Below are positions 33,747 to 44,448 of a stretch of DNA of 64,000 bases, piece after piece. The notes beneath the pieces are model-generated. The model was not told where the DNA came from and ran no database searches. It saw nothing but the letters and a program-made list of their open reading frames with translations. The stretch lies in the NCBI GenBank assembly GCA_027923505.1, contig BROI01000007.1:682001-746000 (forward strand), in the 5' to 3' direction. The translations under genes and the position numbers were made by a program. Positions within the stretch are counted from its first letter, which is position 1. Each line of letters begins with the position of its first letter. The DNA comes from Mayamaea pseudoterrestris. Lineage: Eukaryota.

Positions 33747-34496
33747 TCAAGACTTGCAATATCGCATCGCCAGGCAATGCTGTTCAAACTTTGTTCTGCT
33801 ACGTCGTCCAGCTTTTTCCCACATCATAACTGGCTCAGTATTATCAGAAAAGATAGGCATTTGAGTTATGCTGTCGGGCGAAAGGTACTTGGCCTGAACA
33901 GATTGAAACGTAAGCAATCTCCATTCATCGTTCGTTGTTGCAACCGACTGGCGTAAAGCCGCGCTCTCTCTCGTACAGTTGCGGCCTTCGCACGCGCAAT
34001 CTGATTGGCATGACGGAGTTCCACATTCAACAGGGAGTAGTTGTTTTTGCTGCTCCAGTGCACCATGCATGCGTTCCTCGACGGTTGTCCCATTCGTCGG
34101 AGCCGTGATTGTACTATTTGGACTGCTTCCCAACATTCGTGTCGCTACCTTGTTCCAGGTACCATGCAGCTTGGCCATCATGTCTTGCAAAATCATGGGA
34201 CATTCATTGCAGCCTTCGCATTGCTTGGTTTCTACTTTGTCTTCATCTTCGTCCACCGAAACTGATTCAGTATCATCATGAGCGTCCTCGTTACCTTCGT
34301 TCGATTCAGACGTCGACAATTGCAGAGATTCCTGCTCGAATCCCGGAAACGAGAAGCATTCGGTAGGACTGATAGATTCACGGCTTTCAGACGGACGATT
34401 CAAGACTGGTGCGGCTTCAGGCCCGAGTAACAATATTTCGACGACGAATGACATGGCGTCGGCGTCGCCAACAAGTTCATCCTCTCCCGAAGACAT
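33747..34496 (-). CDS. Hypothetical acidic/Cys-containing protein
   Basis: 249-aa ORF with no recognisable family. The start is uncertain. Confidence 0.4.
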   Translation of the reverse strand: MSSGEDELVGDADAMSFVVEILLLGPEAAPVLNRPSESRESISPTECFSFPGFEQESLQLSTSESNEGNEDAHDDTESVSVDEDEDKVETKQCEGCNECPMILQDMMAKLHGTWNKVATRMLGSSPNSTITAPTNGTTVEERMHGALEQQKQLLPVECGTPSCQSDCACEGRNCTRESAALRQSVATTNDEWRLLTFQSVQAKYLSPDSITQMPIFSDNTEPVMMWEKAGRRSRTKFEQHCLAMRYCKS

Positions 34497-34820
34497 AAGA
34501 AACGGTCAGAAACGATATCAAAACTTTTATCAAACGATCACAGAATATACTTGTGTTTATTCTATCTGCGAATGGGGTAGGTGCGTCGTTATTATTGTAC
34601 TATCGCAGCAATGATTTCGGATCCGCCGCCATGGTGACTTGAAAGTTCGGGTGCAGTGAGAACCGTTAGGACATAGTCTACCTCGCCAAACATTCTCTTC
34701 GTTGTTTCTGTTATCACGCGCTATTAGTTGCCAATTTCAGGCATATAACAGCCAAAGGCTCCATTTACTGTTGTATTATTATCAAGTAGCTATAAATAAA
34801 GGATGTGTTGACTCCATTTG

Positions 34821-35564
34821 CTACAAACGCTGAGTGGCTAGATGGCAAGGGCGATGCCGCTTCACGCCACTTGTCATTGGTTCGACCGGTGGTGGAGCTT
34901 TGTGTCGACCATTGCATTTCGATGGACCAGTATCAAAAGACTGGCAAAAGAATTCCTGCTGGACGCCATGAAACAAGGTGCGTCGATCAGAGCATGTCAT
35001 GGCATGTCGATCGCGAAACGAATCCTCGGAACGCGGGACGGGCATGTTCATGTCCTCCATCGCTTGCTTGACTCGAGCTTCTAGCGGATAATGCTCCGTC
35101 ACATTGCGTGCAACCACGAGGGCGGGCTGCCCAATTCCTTCATCAGATGGCCAGGTGATGCGATAGCCACTTGGGGTTTTCTCCAAGCGCATGCCTTTGT
35201 AATGGGGACAAACGAGCGAGCATTAGCACAAGCAAAAATACCAGTAGCGAGTAATATTAACCGGCTACTTACTCTTCATTACGTGTTCTGCCTGTTGCAT
35301 GGCTCCGTCGGAGTCCAAGACGTATAGCATTGCCGAATCGTCTTTTTCCATGCTTCCCACAGCTTGCGCTTGGGTCATCGCGAGGATTAAAACATTTGGT
35401 GTGACCATATCGCTTCCAAAGTCAAATCGAAGCGACTCCTCGGCCTCGTCGAGTCGCCACGTCTTGTGCATCGAGGAGCATGGCAACTCCCTTGGTTCGC
35501 ACCGCCGGCGAGCTGGTCTCCGCAAACACATGTAGGCGCGAAAGTTCCACTCATTCCAGAGCAA
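34821..35564 (-). CDS. Hypothetical spliced gene or gene remnant; 5' end unresolved
   Basis: Two ORFs are joined in frame by a canonical 78-nt intron at 35272-35195 (A|GTAAGT, branch GCTAAT, CAAAG|GC). No clear ATG start and no recognisable family. Confidence 0.35.
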
Positions 35565-35872
35565 ATTCCTTTCGCCTCAAAATCAAGGTAGCGGATGCAT
35601 CACATCGTCAATTCAAACTCGTTGAATACTACTTGCAAAGCTTTACATGTCATACTTACGTGTTAGAGTCGTATGAAGCCACTCGGAAAAGTCAGTGAAA
35701 GCTTCTTCGTCGAATGCGGTCACTACTATCCAATATATGACGAGTATTACATTGCACCACACATAGAGACATCATAAAACACGGTTATGTATTACTACCA
35801 TCAACGTTCCTATCATATTGATTCTTACTACGTGCAGCATTCATGCATAATGCAAATTACGTTCACAGGTAT

Positions 35873-37030
35873 CTACTCTGCCATGGGACTGTCCTCATCA
35901 TCATTTTTACCTTCATCCGCTGCTGCTGCATGTTCGTTCGTACCACCTTCACTTTGCTGCTGCTCCGCCTCCACTTGCGCCACGATTGCCTCCAAGAATG
36001 CTTGAATGGGATTGCGCTGCGCTGCCGCTGGATCCGTCGGCGACGGCAACTGAAAGTTTGCCAACAGCGAAACCAACCCATCATTGGCGCCAGTGTTGGC
36101 ATCCGGCAAGACTGCCATGGTCAACGTTCGGAGCGTACTCTGGACTTGCGGCGATCTCAAATTTTCTTCCAAATGTTCCATCGTCTGCTGGCCGGGCGGA
36201 AGTAGTTCCAGCAAGCGGGCCGAAGCGTCCGCATCCTGCAGCAAGCTGGTAATGGCCGCTGGACTCACCAAATTGTCGAGCGACGGCCCGCGAGACGTTG
36301 ACGCGTTGTTCACCTGCGCCATGGCGCCCTGCAAGTCCGCCAGCGTCAATTGCTGTTGCTGCTGCGGTGGTGTACTTGTTGCAGATGCTGAATCCGCCGG
36401 CGGCATGCCAAGGTTTTGCAGAATATTGGAAAGCGCATCCACCTGAAGAGTCGACGGACTAGCTGATCCAGCAGCCGCTGCAGCAGTGCCTCCTCCTGCA
36501 TTTGCACCAACGGCAGCATCTCCACTAGTCACTGTAGTGCTTGCTCCAACGGGCGCCGCACTCGCTGGATCCGTCAGGTACTGATTAACTTGCGCCACAA
36601 TGTCGTCATCCTTGTCCGCACTCTCATCCTGCATCCAGTACATGCGGTAGGCTCCTTCGCCATGCGTCCAGACGTAAATGCGATCATTCTTGTGCTTGTT
36701 GCTGCTATTCGAGTCAATAGTGATGCGCTCAAAGGAAGTAACACTGTCGCTGCTGGATGCAATTGGAAACTTGTCAACGACGCGCTTGTCACGTCGATCC
36801 ATCCACTCCCACTCCAAGCAGTTCGATTCAGTGTTCCAAACAAGCTGCACTTGTCCGCGCGCAGTGTCGGGAGTGCATTGATAGGAAGCATTGGAGGAAT
36901 CCCACTCCAAGTTCATCTTGCCGGCGTGGAAGGATACCAGCGGAGGTGTTTCCGGAGTCGTCGCCGTGCGAACGTTGCGTGACGAAGCATTGCGGCCGGC
37001 GCCAAGTTGGTCAAACAAGTCGGCGTACAT
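35873..37030 (-). CDS. RPN13: Proteasomal ubiquitin receptor Rpn13/ADRM1
   Basis: N-terminal Pru domain (LVSFHAGKM, PDTARGQVQL, W.DR, RIYV, MYWMQD, VNQYL). C-terminal UCH37-binding region (LLELLP, ENLRSPQ). Confidence 0.88.
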   Translation of the reverse strand: MYADLFDQLGAGRNASSRNVRTATTPETPPLVSFHAGKMNLEWDSSNASYQCTPDTARGQVQLVWNTESNCLEWEWMDRRDKRVVDKFPIASSSDSVTSFERITIDSNSSNKHKNDRIYVWTHGEGAYRMYWMQDESADKDDDIVAQVNQYLTDPASAAPVGASTTVTSGDAAVGANAGGGTAAAAAGSASPSTLQVDALSNILQNLGMPPADSASATSTPPQQQQQLTLADLQGAMAQVNNASTSRGPSLDNLVSPAAITSLLQDADASARLLELLPPGQQTMEHLEENLRSPQVQSTLRTLTMAVLPDANTGANDGLVSLLANFQLPSPTDPAAAQRNPIQAFLEAIVAQVEAEQQQSEGGTNEHAAAADEGKNDDEDSPMAE

Positions 37031-37375
37031 GATGTCGGGTATGAGAGGCTGTAGGCTGTAGTCGATTTACAAGATTGCAGAAACGAGGATGCAGCAGCGG
37101 CAAAGTAGTTGTGCGTTGTGTGGATCGTCATCGTCGAGCGTCGAAGCGCATCCTCGCATGGCGTTTTAGTCGTAGCGGTACTGATCCGACGCGATCTTCG
37201 TTGTACACCGTTGCGACACGTCATGATCGCGGCAGAAGGCGCCAGAAGATGGCGAGCCATTCATCCGTCGCGAGGAAGAAAGCGTTCCGACCCCTAAGAT
37301 TCTTCTCGCATAATCCAGAGCAGCAGCTGGCAACAGAAAGAGACAATCTATAGTAGCTGATATCATAGTACTACC

Positions 37376-38889
37376 ATGTCTGCAGTCTCCTTATCCGAAC
37401 ACAATCTCAGCCACAAGCACGTCAATGTTGCGTTCTTGACGGCAGGTGGTTTGGCCCCTTGTCTTTCGGCAAGCATGGCGCAGCTGGTTCAATACTGGAT
37501 CAAGGCTTTGGAAAACAAGCAAATTACTGGCTTGTCCTTTCGATGCTACCTTGGCGGCTACAAGGGACTCTTGATTGGTGAATCAGTCATGTTGCCCGAA
37601 GCGGAATGGGCTGGTATTGATGCACTCAATCATGTGGGAGGGAGTCCAATTGGAAACTCGAGAGTCAAGGTAAGAGCGACGGGAAGCAGCGGTGCACTAG
37701 TATCAAACGCAGCAATGCTGTGAGGAGCTTGACGCGACTTGCGCGGTCGATGGATCACTTCAGGCTCATTCTCACGCACCTATTCTCATTCCATCGTTCG
37801 TTTCATTCGTCATATTTCGTTGCAGCTCACCAACGCCACCGACTGCATCCAACGCGGCTACGTCAAGGACGGATCGACGCCATTGGAAGTGGCATCGCAG
37901 CAGCTTTTGGCGGACGAGGTTCACGTGTTGCATACCATTGGAGGCGACGACACCAACACGCAGGCGGCTATGTTGTCGGACTATTTATACAAGCAACACG
38001 GCGGCAAGGTGTTGGTCATTGGCATGCCCAAAACGATTGACAATGACGTTTTCCCCATTCTGCAAACGTTTGGAGCGCAAACGGCAGCTGAGCAGGGAGC
38101 CTTGTTCTTTGCCAATGTCGTGAATGAGTGTACCGTAAGTGACGCGCCCACGAAACGAGCATGAGTTCTGTATACTTTGACTTCAATCTCGTCTCACCCT
38201 TACAACCTCCATCTGCTACTATCATTCAGGCCAATCCCCGCATGCTCATTCTGCACGAAGTCATGGGCCGCGACTCGGGCTACTTGACGGCGCAAACAGC
38301 CAAGGAGTATCGCACCCTTTTGGCCAAGCAAAACCTTGGCAACTCGAGTCTTCCGTACCACAACAAGAAGGCTCGTGACATTCACGCCATTTGGGTACCG
38401 GAATTGGACTTTGAGTTGAAGGAGGAGGCCGCTCGTTTGACCAAAGTTTTGGATACCGTTGGGTGCGTCAATGTGTTCTTTGGCGAAGGTACAGGCGTCA
38501 AGAGCATTTTGGCCGATATGGAGGCCCGCGGCGAAGTCGTTCCGCGCGACGCCTTTGGCCACGTCAAACTTGACAAGATTAACCCGGGAAAGTACTTTTC
38601 GGAAAACTTGGCTAAGCTGATTGGAGCGGAAAAGACGATTGTGCAAAAGAGTGGATACTTTGCGCGATCTGCGGCGGCGAATGACTTTGATCGCGAGTTG
38701 ATTGGCTTGTGCGCCAAGGAAGGTGTGGCAGCAGCTATTGCTGGTAATTGCGGATGCATGGGTCAGGATGAGGATAAGGAAGGTCATCCGATCCGGGCGA
38801 TTGAGTTTGAGCGCATCAAGGGAGGCAAGCCCTTTGATATCTCGCAAGCTTGGTTTCAGGAAATGCTGAAGGAAATTGGTCAGTGCTAA
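37376..38889 (+). CDS. pfp: Pyrophosphate-dependent phosphofructokinase (short bacterial-type PPi-PFK), 420 aa, 3 exons
   Basis: Exons 37376-37669, 37826-38134 and 38230-38889. Motifs LTAGGLAPCLS, GGSPIGNSRVK, GGDDT, PKTIDND, HEVMGRDSG, QKSGYFARS. Confidence 0.92.
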
Positions 38890-39019
38890 ATTGACATTGC
38901 TACAAATACCTTGCTACCGCATCAATTGTTAACGCTTGCGGAAAAGACGGATACTCTATGCATGTAAAACCATTAACTAGTCTATCAGCTGTATGTCACA
39001 ACCATCTCTGTTTCAAATA

Positions 39020-41706
39020 CTAGGCCAAAACCGGTTCTAAGCTCTCCGGTGGCGTGTCTGTTTCGCTGATACCAACCTCACTTGATGTTGCCCGTGACCG
39101 CTCATAATCGCGGTGGCTGACAAACTCCTGATATGCACTGTCTGCTTGGAATGGTCGCGGACCGACAATGTCTACAATGTCGTCGTGTGTAATCGTCTCC
39201 TTTTCTAACAGCAGATTTGTCACCTTCTCAACGTCCGCCTTGTGCTTGCGTATAAGCTCCATGGTTCGTTGGTAGGCAGCATCAACAATGGAACGAGCTT
39301 CGTCATCCATGGCTTCCGCAGTCGAGTCAGAATACGGCTTGTCGCCCATCCCGTTATTGTCGTCCTCCGCAAATGAAAGTTGTCCCAACTTTGTGTTCAT
39401 GCCAAAGTCCTTGATCATGCCATAGACAAGCTGCGTGACGCGGCGCAAATCATCCGATGCACCAGTGGTCACATTTCCAAAGAATACCTCTTCAGCAGCT
39501 CGGCCGGCTAGTGCCATGCAAACAATGTCCATAATCTGCTCCTCGCTGCGTAGAAATGTCTCCTTTGGCAAGTACTGAGCAAACCCCAAGGCGCCACTGC
39601 TACGAGGAATAATAGTAACCTTTAACAATGGGTCAGCATGCTCCAAAAACCAGCCAGCGATAGCGTGACCAGCCTCGTGCGTGGCAACAATCTTTTGCTC
39701 CTCAACACTCATAATCTTATTGCTTTCCAGTCCACCAATGATACGGTCAGTCGCCTTCTCAAAGTCGTTCATCGACACGGATTCCGCCTTTCGTCGCGCC
39801 GCAACAATGGCTGCTTCATTGCAGAGGTTTGCAATGTCTGCGCCAGCCATTCCTGGTGTCAAGCCACTCAGGCGACCAGCGTACTCTTCCACTGGACCTT
39901 CCAAGGTAATGCCCTTCAGATGCACCTCAAAAATTTCTTTACGCCCCTTAAGATCAGGTCGATCAACTGTAATCTGTCTATCAAACCGCCCAGGCCGCGT
40001 CAATGCTTGGTCTAGAATGTCTGGCCGGTTTGTTCCGGCCAGCACAACGACGCCGGTTGTAGGTGAAAATCCGTCCATCTCGACCAGCAGCTGGTTTAGT
40101 GTGTTTTCTCGCTCGTCGTTACCACCGCTAAAACCTCCTTTTCCTCTTTGACGGCCTACTGCATCAATTTCATCTATAGAGGATTGACGGACCAATGTAT
40201 GGTTAGAAAAAGGCTTGTAAAATCATTTGCGAACCAAAAATATGCACTCACCTATAAACAGTATGCATGGAGCTTGAGCTCTTGCCTCTCTGTCGGTAAA
40301 AAAGTGGGAGACGCAGAAGAGGAAACGATTGGTAAGCGACAAAGCAACATGAAATTACCGCATCATCAAAAACCTCCTTAAACGTACTTGAACAAATCCC
40401 TCACTCGCGACGGCCCAACACCGACAAACATTTCAATAAAATCAGACCCACTTATCGAAAAGAATGGCACATCCGCTTCACCCGCCACAGCCTTGGCTAA
40501 CAGTGTCTTGCCCGTTCCTGGAGGTCCACACAGCAACGCTCCCTTTGGAATTTTAGCGCCAAGTTTAGTGAATCGCTCCGAATCCTTCAAAAAGTCAACA
40601 AACTCCATAATTTCCATCTTGGCTTGCTCACACCCCGCCACATCTGAAAAGTTGACAGTCACATCCTCCTTGGCAATCTTTTTATGCGTCGACTTGCCAA
40701 CGCCAAAGATACCGCCCGGTCCACCTCCACCGGCACTTCCGGCTCCACCTCTGCCTAAAACGCCGCGCGAACCAAAGTACACGGCGGCGACAAAGGCAGC
40801 GACGGGCAGAATCTTGACGAGCTCCATCGCGTAATTGGTTTGCGACAAGTACTGCACCTCGATCCAATCCTGCGGGTGCTTGGATGACTGCGCCTTGGTG
40901 AGCTTATCCTCGAACGCTTCGACGCTGCCAATGTAAAAGTAGGGTGCTGCTGTTGTAGTTGTTGCAGTTGCTGTCGTGTTACTTGGAGTAGACGTCATGC
41001 CGCCGCCGCTTATACCATCCATTGACATACTTTCACTTCCATAGTGCGACAAGTCGTGGTCAGGGTCCAGAGTCGTTGCAGCATTCTTTTGCTTCAAAAT
41101 CACCTTGGCTAGTTTCTTGTTAATAACTTGAATCTTTTCCGTCTTGTGCAGGTAGTGGTTGCGAAAGTCTACAAAGGTAATTTCATTGCCAAGTGGCGCC
41201 GCACCGTCTTCCTGGCTGTCGACAAAGGAGCGCAAGGTAATCACTAACAAAAGTAGCGCCACCAGGCCGGGTATATTGTTCATGTCTTCCTCCGGTGGCG
41301 GTGGAGGCTTGCTTCCGTGCTTCTTCTTGTCGTCGTTGTTGTTGGTTCGTTCATCATTCTTGGCAAAGGTGGAGGAAGCCTTGTGGTCCGCGTCAGTCTT
41401 CGATGTGGTGCTGCTGTTCGTTTCCGAGCTAGCAACATCACCTTCCGGTGGCGGAGGCTGTCGGGGCGCCTTTTCGTGAAAAAAGTCTTCAAAACCCTTG
41501 GGCAAGTTACGTTTGGACCAAAGGTACCAGTGATCAAGTAGCGAATCGGCAGATGCACTTGTCTTGAGCGAAAAGTGTTTGACGCCAATCACAGACAAGG
41601 GCGATGATGAATACATCGTGGAGGCAGGATGACGCAGAGCTCCCGCCTGGCGCTTCAATGAGCGTCTCGACGACTGCAGCAAAGCGTTACGGACAAGACT
41701 AGTCAT
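39020..41706 (-). CDS. AFG3: Mitochondrial m-AAA protease subunit (AFG3/paraplegin; FtsH3/10-like), 836 aa, 3 exons
   Basis: Exons 41706-40388, 40289-40252 (38 nt) and 40173-39020. Mitochondrial-type presequence, 2 TM segments, Walker A GPPGTGKT, Walker [20 protein letters not shown]...RPGRFD, zinc motif HEAGH. Confidence 0.93.
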
Positions 41707-42122
41707 TGGTATCGTAAATTGTATCGTCGACTAGCGATGACGAGAGAGCTGTCAGTCGGACTAACTGCAGCGTCTATAACGCCATGGTGGCAGTCGTCGC
41801 GCGGCGAAACGCGCGGAACGCTGACGCGCTTCAAGTCGCATCGGTTATCATCAAGACGAGTCACGAATGAAACGTCAACCGGCGCGCCATGATCGCAAAA
41901 GCTTGACCCCCTCCAATGCTTTCGACCATGCATAAATGAGCGACCACTAGAGCCATCATTATTTACTCGAAACTCTAAGGCAATCCTTGAACTGTATTAA
42001 CTGACCAGCAGACACTCTTGAATCCTGAAAGAAAGCTATCAAAGGCTGCAGAACAAGTAGCTCCTTTACTCGACTTCACCTACCAAATTGAATTTCACAC
42101 ACCCATCAAACATCACTTTACC

Positions 42123-43121
42123 ATGACGCAGTCTTTTCGCCGCAAGGACTCCATCCGCGAAACCGCCCAGCATGCCGCCACGGATGTGACTCGTCGACTG
42201 GCATGTGGTGCTGGTGCCGGCATGATTGCCAAGACGGTCACGAATCCACTGGAGCGGATCAAAATTCTGTCGCAGACTGGAGAATCGTCGAGCACTAGCA
42301 GCAGCAGCAGCAGCAGCACTAGCAAGCAACCACAAAAGTATTCCGTCGTTCGACTATATCGCGACATTATCAAGCATGAAGGCGTACTCGGACTGTGGGC
42401 CGGCAATGGCGCCAATTTGGTGCGCGTCATTCCCTCCAAGGCCATTGTCTTTAGCACCAACGACTTGTATCGCAATCTACTACTCTCAACCTTTGGAGGA
42501 GGCAGCAGCAATCAAGACTTGCAGCATCACCACAAGAACAGTTCACTACTCGCCTTTGTCTCTGGCGGCATGAGTGGTTTCACCGCCAGCGCCGCCACGT
42601 ATCCACTGGACTTGGCGCGCGGCCGCATGAGCGGCAAGCTGGCGGGCATTGACGGCCACAAGCACTACAGCGGCATACTACAAACCATGCGCGTCACCGT
42701 GGCCGATGAAGGTGTGTATGCACTATGGAGAGGCGTGACACCCACCATGCTGGGGGCGGTTCCCTACGAAGGCATCAAGTTTGGTACGGTGGGAATATTG
42801 GAGAATTTACTGCCAAAGGAGGAGAGTTCATTGTCGGGACCGACGCGCAAGATGCTGTTCGGCGGACTTGGGGGTGTTGTTGCGGGAACGGTCATGTATC
42901 CGAACGATACGGTGCGGCGATTGCTGCAAGTGCAGGGCAGTCGAGGGACTACTTCGGAATATACGGGCTACTGGCAATGCTTGAAGCATGTTTATCAAAC
43001 CCAAGGCTTGCGGAGACTTTATCGAGGCATGGCAATCAATTTAATACGCATGGCGCCAAACACTGCCATTCAGTTTGGTTCCTACGAGTTGTTGAAGGAC
43101 TTGACGGCTGGGTGGGGTTGA
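42123..43121 (+). CDS. Mitochondrial carrier family protein (SLC25A42/CoA-carrier-like)
   Basis: Three PX[DE]XX[KR] repeats: PLERIK, PLDLAR, PNDTVRR. Also GNGANLVRVIP. Confidence 0.9.
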   Translation: MTQSFRRKDSIRETAQHAATDVTRRLACGAGAGMIAKTVTNPLERIKILSQTGESSSTSSSSSSSTSKQPQKYSVVRLYRDIIKHEGVLGLWAGNGANLVRVIPSKAIVFSTNDLYRNLLLSTFGGGSSNQDLQHHHKNSSLLAFVSGGMSGFTASAATYPLDLARGRMSGKLAGIDGHKHYSGILQTMRVTVADEGVYALWRGVTPTMLGAVPYEGIKFGTVGILENLLPKEESSLSGPTRKMLFGGLGGVVAGTVMYPNDTVRRLLQVQGSRGTTSEYTGYWQCLKHVYQTQGLRRLYRGMAINLIRMAPNTAIQFGSYELLKDLTAGWG

Positions 43122-43321
43122 GTGCGACTGTATATCAAAGACACAAAGTGGCCTTGATGAAATGGTTGCAACAATGTTCCAAATCGCCTTTCGATTGTTA
43201 AGAGCTTCTCCTACGTACCAAAATCAGTGAAAACCTACAGTATAAAATAGTTTGCTATAAGAATACAACTTGCTACTTGGTTACAACAATTTATATTACA
43301 CAAACCCAACACTCACAGCAT

Positions 43322-44128
43322 TTACCCCGTCTGCGAACCTCCTCCAAAGTGGAAAGGCTCCGACTCGCCATCAGGAACATCCTGATTCAAATTCAAATTA
43401 TCTAGATTCGTCAAAATAACTTGCGGATGTGACTGCTTGTCATGATCCGGTCCATACTCGTCGTCGCTCTCCTCATCAATATTTTCCAAATCCAAGTCAT
43501 CTTCATCGTCGCATTCATTCAGCGGCTCGAGCGCAATCGAAACATCTCCATTCGCATCAACTCCCTTGGCCGAAGAGTTGCGACTCGAGTAGCTGCGAAC
43601 ATCCGAAAAGGCGTGACAATCCTCCAAGGCTTCATCCGACATGCGCTCGGCCAGCGGCGGCATGGGCGCGTTCATGCTATTGTGAAGCAACTTTTCCTTG
43701 GCCAAGTCAATCGACTCGGACAAGCCAGCGCGATCCGTCAAAATATCTTGAATCGTCAATTCCCGCATTTCATCCAAACTGCTAACGGAGGAATTGGCAT
43801 CCATGGTGGTGGGCGTGCGGTCGCCGCCCTTGTGCAGCGATGGACTGCGCGAGCGACTCGTCGAGCAGCTTCCATCCATGGAGCGGGTCTGGCGCTTGTG
43901 AAGCATCAGATTGGATGGAATATGCATGTGCGAAATCATGGGACTCGTGGAAGCGTCCAAAGGAGCGGCAGGAGGCGCAAGGTTGGGGAGCGAAGTGGAA
44001 CCGCTCAATCGCTTCGGGACTCGCGTTGCGTGCAAGCGGCCGGGCGGCAAATTGACGCTGTCTTGGTCGTCCGCCTCGTTTGCAGTAGCTGGAGGCAAGT
44101 CTTCCTGGCGTACAAAAGAGTCTGACAT
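43322..44128 (-). CDS. Hypothetical acidic, Ser-rich disordered protein
   Basis: 268-aa ORF with coding-like codon usage and no recognisable domain. Confidence 0.6.
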   Translation of the reverse strand: MSDSFVRQEDLPPATANEADDQDSVNLPPGRLHATRVPKRLSGSTSLPNLAPPAAPLDASTSPMISHMHIPSNLMLHKRQTRSMDGSCSTSRSRSPSLHKGGDRTPTTMDANSSVSSLDEMRELTIQDILTDRAGLSESIDLAKEKLLHNSMNAPMPPLAERMSDEALEDCHAFSDVRSYSSRNSSAKGVDANGDVSIALEPLNECDDEDDLDLENIDEESDDEYGPDHDKQSHPQVILTNLDNLNLNQDVPDGESEPFHFGGGSQTG

Positions 44129-44448
44129 TGTAGTTATGCTCGGTTACTATTTCAATATTGCGCAAGAAGAAGGACAAGAGCCGCAAGCAGGAGGAGGCGA
44201 AGCAAGCTTCATCACCCCACACGAATGTGCGATGCAGCCAATCGCGCGCGATTTTTGCAACGATGACACGCCCCTTCTTCCAACGGAAATGACCCCCAAA
44301 TTAGTACCGGTATGACTATTATGTTTCCGTTGAGTAAAGATTTGTGTCGCAGAGCAACTCGTGAGCGAGAATTGATGGACCTTCCATTCCATTGCATCGC
44401 TTGCTCGCACGACCTTTACAGTTAATGTAATGAGCGAGATAAAGCTTC

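Noticed and set aside
12823..37030. DDI1 and Rpn13 (both proteasome ubiquitin receptors) as a functional cluster
   Set aside because: They are over 21 kb apart with many unrelated genes between them. This is expected by chance in a compact genome.
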